Source: Takakia lepidozioides (taxonomy: Eukaryota > Plantae > Bryophyta). Taken from it: DNA of 64,000 bases. Position numbers and translations under genes: made by a program. The stretch spans positions 13,826,001 to 13,890,000 of the forward strand of contig CM060733.1 in the NCBI GenBank assembly GCA_030704615.1. The letters run 5' to 3'. Positions 50,136-62,350 of this stretch are shown here, in pieces (position 1 is the first letter of the stretch; every line of letters starts with the position of its first letter). Below the pieces are notes generated by a model, which was not told where the DNA came from, did not search any database, and worked only from the letters and a program-made list of their open reading frames with translations.

Positions 50136-53100
50136 CACTAGTTTAACGACGGTTTACACTAGACATGGATGGGAGTTGAATGCGCGCGTGCGAAGCTTGC
50201 CGGTACAAGCCCTGGAGCTAACCGGAGGGCCCCGTGGGCCCGCGGTCAAATCCCCACCCCCCCCCCCCCCCCCCCCCCCCCCCCGGCTTCCCTCGAGTAT
50301 GTTTCACGCCCATCCGAGGGTCCCACGCTCCATGTTCCCGCTGCGGCCATTATAGGAAAAGGGGGGCCTTTGCGACGCCCGAGCCACGCCGCAACGTCAG
50401 GAAAACGCCGATTTCGGGCAGGGGGTAGGCGCAGAATTTGCGACGCCTGGCCGTCGCCCGGCAGTCGCATGGGCGTCGCCAAAATGACGTCGCAAAAATG
50501 CGATGTATGGGGGTCGCGAGCCCCCGCCCCAACTCCCGCAACTGTCGGACGTCACTTTTCAGGCCGTCCGTAGGGGCCTCCTTCGAGCGACGTCTCGCCG
50601 TCGCGGCCCTCCAGCCGACGGCGTTGGTGGGGGCGCTGGCGCGGCGTCGCATCCCCTTTTTTTCTAACCTGCCCGGGAGTCCCATCCTAAAACCCAAAAA
50701 CACGTGGCGTAAGCCGGGTGGTACGCCAAGCGATGCCAGTGCGTCGCTGCAAGCGACTATTGGGCATGGCCAAAAAAAACAGCGGGAGCAAGAGTCGGGC
50801 TCCGCCACGCCCGGGCGTGGGTTTTGGCGACGCTCTGGCGTCGTTTTTTTTTTTTTTTAAATACATAAAAAAAAAAACGTGGCGCACGCAGGGTGGCGGG
50901 CTATGCGACGCCAGGGCGTCGCAGCTTGCGACCCCCGGACCAAAAAAACACGTCGCAGGGGGTGTCGGGCGTTGCCGCCCGCAAATGGGATTGGCGACGC
51001 CCGACCGTCGCGACTTGCGACCCCCGCCCAAAAAACACGTCGCCATTGGCGACGTCCTGCAGTCGCAAGGGCAGCCTGGGAGGGAGGTTAGGGGTTGATT
51101 TTGGGGGTGGTTTTTTGTTTTTTGCCTGGTTTTGTTTTTGGGGATATGAGACCTTACAGTTCCCTTTCTCTGATTCAGTAGGTACACAATTGAGCAAGCA
51201 TAAATCGAGGGTGAGGACGGTGGACACATGAATAAGATGGAAGATGGAAAGATGGAAATATATTTACAAGAAATGAGCTAAAAAACTCACAAAGGTTCAG
51301 TAGGCTGACCCTGGGACCTACATGGACTAGGACTAGTCATCCTCATCCTCATCCTTAGTGGAGGACTCAGAGCTATCCGATGAGCCTGATGACTCCGCGC
51401 CCTTTACTAGAGCACCTAAATGAGGCGGCGTTCCCCTAAGTCCCATAGAGCTCTCATCCAATCCCTGGCCATGACCCCCGACCTCATCCATACTAGTGCC
51501 ATGTAGTGCCCCTCCGTGTTGGCCATGTTCTTCATGAGGGATTGCCAACCATGCTCCTTGGCGTAGTTGTACTCTACCGGAGATGGCTTCCTCTCAAACG
51601 CGCGTTGCTATACATGCCACAAGTTAAAGTCAGTTCTTCGCGATGATGGAGCCAGAAAAAAGACATAACAAAATCCATATGGAAATACGACTTACAAATC
51701 GCAAGATAAAACCCTTAGATCCGCCGGCACCCCACTTGTGTGTGGATTCGTGCTTGTCAAGGCGGACTGTTGTTGCTTCGCGTGCCCGGTCAAATTTGGC
51801 CTTGTTTGCGGCATCAGTCTCTCCCGCAATGAATGCATCCCACGATACCTATCCCCCCCCCCCCCCCCCCCAATAATTAGTGAATTACACACATACGTTG
51901 CATCGAATCCACCTCATTAATGCACATGCGACAAATGGAAGGTGACATGATTCAGGATTTGCCAACCTGTGTAATTCCATAAGGTGGTTTGGGTATGGCC
52001 CTCTTTTCCATTGCCCTTCGAACGATCTGTCTGGCACGACACCTCCTGTCCTTCAAGTTTCGCCCCACCATCTCTATCACCCTTGTGTCACTCCAATTGC
52101 CCGGAAACCAACGGTCTAACTCACGGGCATACGCCCACTTCACGCCAAAGTGCTGATCAGCCCACTCGATGTGCAAAGGGAACCACTTCAATGCGAGTTC
52201 GAAGGCTGGCTTCTTCATAGCCTCCCAGAACGCACCGCAGGGATCATCATGGCGATTCACCTCCACCAGTGGCACCACGATCTTTGCCAACTCCACGTCA
52301 TGTATCGCCAAAAGCATATTCTTCTTCCCACCCTCTCTTTTCTTTGTAGCCTCCTTCCCCTGCTCCTTTGTTACCCCACTGCCCTCCCCCGCATGCACAT
52401 TCACCCCTTCCTCTCCATGGGACTTCTTTTTCTTCTTCTTCTTCTCCTTCCCCTTCTCCACGAGCATCTCCTTCCCCTTCCCTGCTATTTCCTCTCTCTC
52501 CTTCTCCCTCTCCCTTCTCTCTCTCTCCTCGGCAGCCTCTTCATTGATGGTAAAAGAGATCTCGGGGGCGCCTCTTCTTCTTACCTTTAGTGTTCGGGTC
52601 CTTCATGAACACCACGTGCTCTCCCTCATTGGCAACCCCACTAGAGTGCACCAATGAGGCCAGCCATGTTGCTGCCTCCTGAAGACAAATAACCCCTCCA
52701 AATTCAAAAAAAGAACAAACAACAAAGAAAATCATGCATGCAAAGGAAAGGATAAAACATGGAACAAGGTGCGACAGTTGTACCTTTGCAAGCTTGTCCG
52801 ACTTGCCCCCGGTGTCACCCGATGTGGCAGGAGCCCCCGTTGCCGGATGTGCCCGCTCTATCCTCTCCCGGAGCGCCACTATAAGTAGATTCCAGATGTG
52901 GAGCATAGCCGGTGGCGGCTCCCCGTAGTCTAGGCCATTCTTTGCTGACCGCTCAAGCTCAGGGGGCGGCATCGCTGATCGGCTAGGCCGCTCCGAACCG
53001 GCCCATACCTCCTCATCTCCCCCCCCCCCCCCCAAATGTGTATCAAGGTAGAAGCCCTCACCCGACTTGACTTCTTCGAGGCGCTTCGCTATCTTGGCCA

Positions 53101-53850
53101 CTTCATTGACATTCCTCGTCTCCTCCTCCCTCATCGACAACAATGGGCTAGCAATGGAGGCTTTCAAAGGCGCTTGAACCTGACGTTGGGCCTTGGCAAG
53201 TGCAGCCGTTGCTGCGGAGGAAGGGGTCGCTATGGGGGTGACATCCAAAAGTTGCCCATACCAGGCCCCTGAACGTGTGATGTGCTTGCCAAGGTACATT
53301 TCACCCGTCTTGGTGGCCGGGGTGTGCTCAATTGAGCATCCGGATCAGCAACAACCTCCCGAATATGAGAGCTGGCTGAGCCGGCCCCTGGTGCATCCAA
53401 GATGTGGACAAAAGGAGGGGTACTGGCCTCGGAGGGCAGACGAGCCCTCCGGCCGCGGCTGTCGACGGGGCTGGTTAACCATGAGACGCCCTGGCGTGTC
53501 ACACGTGCCGGTAGAGCAAACGGATTGTCCGCCCCTTTCTTTGGGGCAGGGGACTTCTTCTCTTTCCCCATAAGCTGGCACCTGTCATGCAAACCCACAA
53601 GTCGGCCTCATTAGGAAACAACCTCTACATTCCAGATCAAAAACAAAAACCAAGCATGTCGAGGGCTAAGAGCAGCAAGTGCTCGGGGTCTCGAGAGAGG
53701 GCAACAAAGAGAAAAGAAAAAGGTGGGGGGGAAGTGACTGAGCACCACCACTAGCTGCTGGGCACCACGAGCTCAGTCACTCCCCCCCCCTCCCCCATTT
53801 GTTTTTGTTTTTTTTTTTTTTTTTCGGCTACTCACAAAAATAAACAAACC
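50136..53850 (-). mobile_element. CACTA (En/Spm)-like DNA transposon derivative
   Basis: CACTAG at 50136 and 50157 followed by about 900 bp of CpG-rich gcgacg/cgtcgc repeats in both orientations. The spliced minus-strand ORF 51952-52467 (IEWADQ..FPGNWS..GRNLKDRRCRAR..PPYGI) resembles TnpA/Ptta-type proteins. Far TIR not found. Confidence 0.5.
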
Positions 53851-53889
53851 ACTAGGGAGAGAAGGTGCAGGAAAAAGTTAAAAAGATTG

Positions 53890-54670
53890 TACTCATAAGA
53901 CGTTGTTTGCCGTAGCCTTGTGGCCATTGACCCCGCGCCCAGTTTGAGCGGAAACTAAAAGGACAAAACCTACCTCTGTCAGGGGCTGACATTGGTAGTA
54001 AGACTCACCTTCATATATAGAATTAATCTGGGTTTTCCAGATATCCTCTAGAAATCCCTTCACACAAGTATCAATCTGTTGTGTGTGATTTGCCCAAGAA
54101 CTAGGTCTCAGGAGGGCCTGGGCTTTTGGCTCAGCCTTGAGACTTTCAAAGTTGGTAAACAGAGGTACAGACACAATTCCTTTGATAGATTTGAAGAGAG
54201 CGTCTCTTTGGTGAGAGAACCCCGGACAATGTATACATCCGCAACGTCTCATCCTTCTTGTCTGCGAATAGCACCAGGGCTCCGTAAGGTGACTTACTCG
54301 GCCGGATGTACCCTTTTGACATTAGATCCTTGAGCTGGGTCTTCAGCTCGACCAACTCTCTGTGGCTCAACCGGTAGGGCCCCTTGGCGATCCTGGTATC
54401 ACCTCTATCTTGTGGTCAACTCCTCTTCGCGGAGGCAAGCCGTTTGGTAAATCCTCCCGCATCACATCTTGATATTTTTCTAGGATCCCCTTGATCCAAT
54501 CTGGGCTCGGCTCGCTATTGGGCCTAGTGGAAATTCCCTTTGGTTGTTGGCAGTCCGGAACAGCTCCCCATACCTTGGTCGTTTTCCGGCTCGTACGCTT
54601 ACTCACTAATTTTTGGTCACCAACGGGCTTGCACCATTCTCGGGGTTACTATTCCATATATATACTTTTG
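53890..54670 (-). mobile_element. Ty3/gypsy pol fragment (linker plus RT N-terminus)
   Basis: ILEKYQDVM.EDLP.GLPPRRGVDHKIEVIPG and ELKTQLKDLMSKGYIRPSKSPYGA.VLFADKKD.TLRM. Confidence 0.9.
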
Positions 54671-55979
54671 TGACTGTCCGCGGGGGTTTCACAAACAACA
54701 CCATTCTTTTATGGGGAACCACCACAAAGACTCTTGACTCCCGGTGATGAGTCGCGGTGAGTCTTGGCCCACGCACCACGGCCCCAATTGACCGTGATGA
54801 GTCCCAAGACTCCCCACGACTCCCACCACAAGGTCTCCGCCCCATGGTGAGTCCTAAGTCACCCCCACTAAGACCCACTAAGCTACCACCACCCCTCGTG
54901 GAACCATCCCCACTGCAACTCGGTGTGCGGGGCTCCACCTAGTGAGTGCCTCTGCCTCCTTGAGTGCCTTGGGCACTCAAGGTTGCTTCAGCCCCCATAC
55001 CCATTAGGGGCAGCCCATCTTATGTCCCGACCCCCTGCCCTAAAGGCAAAGGGCCGCGACACAAATTGTCTATTTTCGGATTTTGTTTCCGAAACCACTC
55101 ATCTACCTTGGATCGTAAGTTCAACCGGGCTACCTTGAAGATTTTATCCTCTGTCACGTCACGGACATCTCCAGACATTTATATGGTCTCGACCCCAATC
55201 TATCATGTTTTCACTATCTCTGCCATAAAACGGAGCATCGATCCCTGAGGGGCTCGTCATTCTAGTGAACACTTCTACACTAAACTTAGACTACTTAGTA
55301 CACATTGGTCGACTGATATCGCACTCAAGCTATACTAAGAATGAGTACTCCAGCAAGAAATACAGCATTCGATCACACAGACCTGTGCTAAACTAATTTT
55401 GACCTATGGGTGATTGCAAACTAGAGTGGACCAAAAACGGCAGATCATAAGTACATAAAGAGTACGTAAAGGAGGATATGGCGAATCCTCTACCATCGGA
55501 TTTGCTTCAACTAACAATCTTGACTGTTAAAACCAAGATTTTCAAATTACGATAATATCAATTCACAAATGTTTTTTTGAAATTTGATCATAATCAACTC
55601 TGCATTTACGGTGAATGAATGCGTCTAATGAAAAAAGTTTTGTTATTTCAAAAGAACTTAGTCATAAAGGACTTTATGAAAATAGCTATTTTTGAGGCTC
55701 AATAATACATATGTTTTTTAACTTCATATTTTTTAATGATAGTTTTCATCCCAGATTCCTAATAATCCAAAGCAAGCAAGTCTCTTTTCTTGACTGTGTT
55801 CTAACTCCTATATTAAAAAAATCCCATCTTTTTTTATGGACACAATTCTTTGTGGACTTTTTAAAAGTCCATAGCATCTAGAGATTCTGGTTTTTGATAA
55901 TGAGATTTAAAAGTGTGAAAATATATGTAGATGAGCCTCTATATATTAGTTCAGTTTTATTGATGGCATTGTGATGTAG

Positions 55980-57888
55980 GAGTATGATAATTTACCATTA
56001 TTCTATGTCTGAAAAAAACGGTGTTGTGATAGGAAAAAATGGACAATGTAGGTTGTCCATTACGCAGCATTTCTATTCTACCACCCTAGGTTACCTCTGG
56101 AGCAAGGGCATTGACAAGTTCCCATCTTCCAGCTTCTCTAATCCACATAACAATCGTACTTCTACCACCCGCATAAATTACCCTCAAGCACAAGTCACCG
56201 TCATAAAGTCTCCACGCAGGGTTAAAGAAATATCTGCGCGGTTCTGAGTGTGTAGATGAGCTCTCTGGCTGAAGCATATAAGAATGTCACCAATACTCGG
56301 CTCTCCAGGAATCAAAATGTGATCCCGTCCAGCCATGATGCACTCCCACACTTTCAGCAGCTCTCATATTTCTTTATGCACAGAGAGATTCTAATTCCAA
56401 GGATCGAATCGCTCTGATACCAAAAGGAGCCCTCGCTAAGTGGACTTGTATCATTCAATCATGTCAGAGATCTAGGACTGGCTAACCATACAAAGCTGCA
56501 ACGGAAGAAAGAAAACCATGTATGGTCATTGCTTGCAATAAAAGAAACTCAGTTCAGGAAGATGACATTGCACGTGCCTGGAGGTATCTGTGCACAATTC
56601 CATCCCACGTTAGTACAACGTTGCACATGTAGGATACACATTTACTAATATTGGAGGTAGCTCTTCACTGGTTCAGACATCCACAGTGAACCCTTTAAGT
56701 CATATCCTCGAGCTAGCATGTGACTCTGTTTCATGTGATCCCACCCCGGCCAACCTTCTGACTGCAAATTGTAAAACAGTGCACAATGCCCTTTTCAGCG
56801 TTTCCAAGAGATGATCTTCACATGCACCTGGGGTGATTTGTCATGAAAATCTACTTGTTCTCACTCGCAGCAATTCAAAGATACTCTCTCATTGCTGACA
56901 ACCACTCAAAGCAGATTCTTATACTTAATCCTCACACTCGTGTACTCTTTGCTGGTTGCAAGCTCCCCACTTCGATTTATATCATGCTTCCTCAAATGGA
57001 AGGTCCTAAGACAGGCGCTAAGGCAAAATCAACCATTTTCTCCTACTCCAGCTCTTTTCTCTACACAATAGCCTTCTTTCACTCTGGTTTCTACATGTCA
57101 AAAAGCTGCTAAGTATCTCTGCTCCTCTGCATCATATACTTTTCTCTTCACCCCTTTCCTTCAGATATTTCTCCTCAGCGGCGTCGCCCTACCCCTGCAG
57201 ATACCATTGTTGCCACATTTATCTATTTCATGATCAATTCCTTCCCTGGTGACCAGGCACATCTTCTGCCCAAATACCAGCCAACAGATCTCTATTTGAT
57301 TCTATGAGTCTATCTCAACTGAGGCTATTAACTTGGCCCCTCGATCTGCGAGCTGCCCACTGCCCCTGCAATTTCCTTTCTTACTCCTATATGTTATGAG
57401 AGATGCTACTTTTGCCGCCCTCTTGCTGTGCAAATACTCCATTCAGGATGGTAACACTCGTTTCCTGCATATGCCAGCCAATCATCCCCATCCCCTTGAT
57501 TTCACCATAGTGCTCAACAGATTTCACCATTCTCAGCAACTGCCCCCATCATGCCTTGTCTCTATGAATTCAAGAGCCGCTCTGAGCAGTCATGCAACTT
57601 AACTTCTGCTGCTCTCCCCGATATAGTATCCAACACACATATCCGCCGCTCCACGATCTCTCAAGAGGATGATGGCCCCTCTCTGTCAGGTGGTCACATA
57701 TCTGCTCATGCCACGCACTCGCTTCACATTCATCTCTTCCCAGGTCATCCAGATGAAAGGCCAGATCAGAAGTCCTCCCCCATTCCAATACTTATCGGAT
57801 GTTTATCCTGGGCTCCCTCTCATTTCATCAAGTATAATCCTTATTTGATACTGCCTGATTGATATTTTTACCTCAAAAATTTGCTACA
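55980..57888 (-). mobile_element. degenerate TE-like sequence abutting the truncated gene A'
   Basis: Stands in place of the 3' half of A'; contains TGGTATCAGAGC (tRNA-iMet PBS-like) on the minus strand at 56411-56422; no intact ORF. Confidence 0.3.
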
Positions 57889-59390
57889 CTGTTTCATAGT
57901 TGAGAGATTGAATACAATGTTGGTAACCGATTCTCCGAAATCCAAGTTCCTGACATCCACATGCAGGGATCGGACTCCTGCAAAAGACTTACAAGTTATG
58001 TTTCATGCTTCTCAGCGACAACTTCACAAATTTCTAATCAAACTGCAGCCCGAAGCCCACTCAGCTGTGCGTTATCTGCCTCAGAGAAACATGAACATGC
58101 AGGCCCGTCGCCTTTGCGAAGGAAATGTGGTAAACTGGTGATAAGTTCAAAATGGAGACCTCAAGGGCGACTCAATGCAGTTGAATATAACCTCTGGGGA
58201 AGCTGAATTCATACTTCAAACGAATTTAATGATAAACCAGGTGCGGTAGATTTATGTATAATTACCTAGAGGTACGTGAGATGAGCATTGATAACTAGTT
58301 ATCTGGGTATGACTGCGACTAATTACAATACGTGAGATTACTTAAACTCCTTGGCGAAACTTGAAGTAGACCATGTCGAAACTTGGTCAAACCAGGCCTA
58401 AACTTTACATGGGACAAGATGATTCTTCCTCTTGATGCTGTTGGTCCGAGACCCAGGTCAGTCATGCGTATACAACTGATCTGGATCATTCTGTTAGTTA
58501 ATGGCAATATGAATTTAAGTTTCACGATTTATAATTCAATTCGAGATCAATCACGCTCTTGGCATTGGACTCATAGACTTGTAGAACTCACCTGCAGCTG
58601 CAGCGCACAGAACAACACTGCCAACATCATCATCATATTGTCGCCAGTGACCAGTTAGTGGGTCTCTGTAATGGACCGCCGGGACAGTACCAGATCCGTG
58701 AGTGGATGTTGACAACGGTAACAAATTCTGCATGGTGGAAACAGGATTGAAGAATGTTCAGAGTTCTAAGTATTTTAGATCAGTGACTGTCAACTACCTC
58801 GCAATCACACAATTTCCTTAATCTGGTCCAAACTCTCGTTGGAAAATGTGGCACGTAGATGTATTCTTTCTCAAAGCCTGGACATTCTCAAAAGCATCCA
58901 TTAGAATTGCTTATTGCTTGCAAATCACCAAACTCCACTCCCGAGTGCTTAGTATGGTCTGAAAGTACATGCATCAGATTGTAGAGAAAGTTTACTACGA
59001 CATAGAGAATATTCACATAAACAGGTCTCGATGTCCATAGCTATCTATAATCTTAATCAGCATATATGTATGGCTTGTCTGTCTTGGTATCCAGTAGTAC
59101 CTGTGGAGAGGCCGGCCCAATACATGGGACTTCTGTGACACGATCAATAATTATGATTCCCGCCGTTGTCCACTGCTCACATTGGTTTGCACCATATTTC
59201 TTAAATCAGCAGTGTAGTGAGCACCCCCGGGATGTACAGCGGAGGCTATGGTGCCAAGATCAAGTGTATGCAATCCAGAGGCAACCGCATTTCGGATGGA
59301 ATGACCAGGGCCATACAGCTTCCATTGAGTATCCTCCCGCCACCATACCCCTGGTTCTGTTGGGTTAGCACAAGCTCCGAAGATGCACAT
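57889..59390 (-). pseudogene. Gene A': 3'-truncated copy of gene A (WWE region only); exons 59390-59101, 58727-58592 and 57977 to about 57889
   Basis: Homology to A stops inside exon 3; CCC vs CCCC frameshift at 59159-59161; no ART exon downstream. Confidence 0.85.
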
Positions 59391-60480
59391 TATGGCCGAT
59401 GACGGAACAAAGTTCGGGCACCTTCAGAGCAAGAAAGTGGTGTTCCACCTTAGGAATGAGAGGAAGCAGCCTTCAGAGTAACAGCTTGGGGAGAAATCTG
59501 AGTGACAGACGCAAAGCTGCCGAAACAGATTGAGGAGGTGAGAAAGAAAGTCGTTAGAGCCAGACAGAGGAGAGAGAGAGGTGCAGTGACGAGGCAGTGG
59601 GAACTGTAGCCGTTGAGTGCATTATGTGCACGAGATTAGCAAGTCCCGACAGATCATCCGCAGTTGTGTACCAGCTTGCTGCATGCCGTGGTCCACCATA
59701 CAGTACCGGACTCGGAAACACTTGTCAGATACTTGGTGCCCACGTGTACTTGCAATGAATCCACCTTTCCTGGGTACCTGCCACATTATGGGCGAACCAG
59801 TTGACAGTCTTGTATAGATCGCTATTTGGCACCATGGGCAACAAACACGAAACTCGAATGTTGAAAATTTGAATATACTGCAAATGTTTGAATTCAAATT
59901 GCAAGGGAGGCAATAAGTTGCAAACTATCGTACACAACAGGGGAAGAGGCTCTTGTTTACTCTGAGATCAGCTGCCGTCAATTCATCAGTTGACAATACC
60001 GCAGGTGTTCAACTTCAATGAGATTCGATGTCCGTCGAATCTAGAAACCTCAGGACTTGATCATTAGACCAGATCCTATCATCGTCGTTCCTCTATTTTG
60101 GAGTGGTCTCTCTCAAACGTGTATAAGTCGTGAGATCTCCCAATCCCGGCAATATACGAACGATCAGCATTGTACAACTGAGATCAACTCATTAGTGTCC
60201 GTGGACATTGTGTAGAGGAAAGAGTGTATTTCATATGGGCCTGCTCCTAACTGCGATTGTGTGTCTGTCTGCTTGATCAAGGAAACTACTCAGTTCCAAC
60301 TGTTTTTTCGAGGCGATCAAAGCATTAAGTCGTGCAATTTCTCGCGCATATGACACCAAGAAATAGTTTTATGTTTGTGAAGTTTTCAGAGCATTGCATG
60401 GAGATCACAAATGGGATCATGACATCTGAGGAGGCAAGGAGAGGCCAGGTTTACAATCAACTTCAATTTTGTGAGTACGT

Positions 60481-62350
60481 TCAGATGCAGAGAGTAATCG
60501 TTCCAACAGGGAGCTGATGCGCTATTGAGGTCACTGTCAATACACCTCCCGCGGCCTGAACTTGAGCCGCATAGTTTGTGATAATAAAAAAGACGAGTAG
60601 CTGAGTAGCACAATATTGCTGCAGACCACCAATATAGTTCTTCAGTGCATACGGTATGCTCACAGCTGGCGTCGATCCGAACCAATCCCGGCCGTCTGAA
60701 CGCCGCAGTGCAGGGTTCATGCCGTCTCTCAGGATGGGGTCGACGTTGATAGGGGATGTCCCATGAAAGACAACTTGCAATATATCATTGGGAAAAGCAG
60801 CTGTCGCTTCCAAGAGCTCCCCTGTCCAAACGGAACAGCTCAGAGAGAATCACGTAATCCAACTAATGTACTGAATTTGGAAATAGTTCCTATGCTTCTC
60901 GAGACCGCATTGTATTTTTATTTTAGCTGGAAATTGCAATTCTCAAGGGATTCAATAACAGAAAGAGAATGGAGTCTACCTTTGTCTGATCAGATAGTAG
61001 TACATGAGAGATTTAAATAGGTTGCCCAAGCCCTGCCGAGTACAATAGAACAAGGTTTCGCTAACCGGGGTTCTGTTTGTGAGCCCTGGAAGCACCGTCG
61101 TGCAGATCTTTCCAAATGTTTTTACATCGAAACCATACTGATCTAAATTTAGCCAGTCAAAGGTATCAATGCTTTCGAGGACTGATATAAAAACGTTCTA
61201 TATGCTCATACATTGCATATTATCGCTGGTATATGTATGCGACCAGGAAACTGTAACTCAAGTCTAACAATTTGTTCAGACAGGTAGCCTGGATCAGTCT
61301 CTCACCGAATCCACCTTCCCGATTCTCGACAGTCTGAGTTAAGGTGCTCAGGAACCGTTCGTAAGGAAGGTGACCCGGGGCCAAGTAGGGGTTGGCGACC
61401 GTGTTTTTGGAGACCTTGGCGCCCTGTAGCTTCTGAGAGAGAAGAACGTCCAGGTGTTCGGGGGTACGAAGTGTATCCACCGTCATACGTATTATCTGTG
61501 CATCACTCAACAGTCGACAGTCAGTACAGAGATAACTATGTTGTGAACTCAAAGTCTTGTCTAGACTCTCAAAAGGTCAGCTTGCTCCACTGATGCTAAA
61601 CTTTCGCCGACCGGGTGCGCCATACAACAGTCTGGATTCGTCTGGTCAAGACGTCAAGACCGACCCGAGCTGATCAATCCTGGGCTCTAATGCAGAATCA
61701 CCCGAATCAGTTTTCGAGCAGTTTTCCAGTATACGAGTTCTTCAGCTTGAGAGATAATTTGAACAAACTTGGCTTGACATAAATTCATGAAAAGTCTAGC
61801 ACAATCGTTTTCACATTGTGTCCAGTTAGAGCACATTGCTGGCCATGGTATTTGTCTGATTTAAGATTCAACCTGGCCTCTCTTTGAGTAATAACGAACA
61901 GCGGCATCCCCGCTGCTTGCTGCCATACCCACGAGATACTAAGTCCAGCAACCTGCAGCAAACTCTTGGTCAACAGGTAACCTCCAGAGCCTACCTGGCT
62001 CGAGGCTTACCAGTAAAATACTGCTCCCCAGCTTAAGATACAATTCATGCAGGATAGCCTACCTTGCGCCGCAGAGCCGTGTCACTTGCAACAGCAAGAG
62101 CTGCCAGAGCAGTAGGGTCCCATGGGATCTCAATCACAACGTCTTCTTCTTTCCCCGAATCTAAGTGCACCTGCTTCATCTTCTTGAGGTCCACCCTTAC
62201 ATCTTCACATCGCTCATTAAGGGTTAAGGAACGCTTATTGTCGCCAATAGCTTTCAAGATGGCTGCAACACACACTGAATCATACTTCCGCAATCTGCCA
62301 GTGCTCACACACCGACGGTGGATAATCACATTCTTGGACTCGGGCGCCAT
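60481..62350 (-). CDS. Gene B': WWE-PARP/ART-like paralogue of B, about 272 aa; exons 62350-62063, 61495-61306, 60821-60481
   Basis: 819 nt in frame with GT-AG introns; VFHGTSPINVDPILRDGMNP..DWFG..VSIPYA..LLVFFII..VLTV..HQLP. Confidence 0.85.

Noticed and set aside
50169-51231. Several overlapping 100-180 aa ORFs
   Set aside because: By-products of GC-rich repeats with few stop codons; low-complexity translations.
56411-56422. PBS as evidence for an intact LTR element or endogenous pararetrovirus
   Set aside because: No adjacent LTR end, and no recognisable gag, movement protein or RT ORF.
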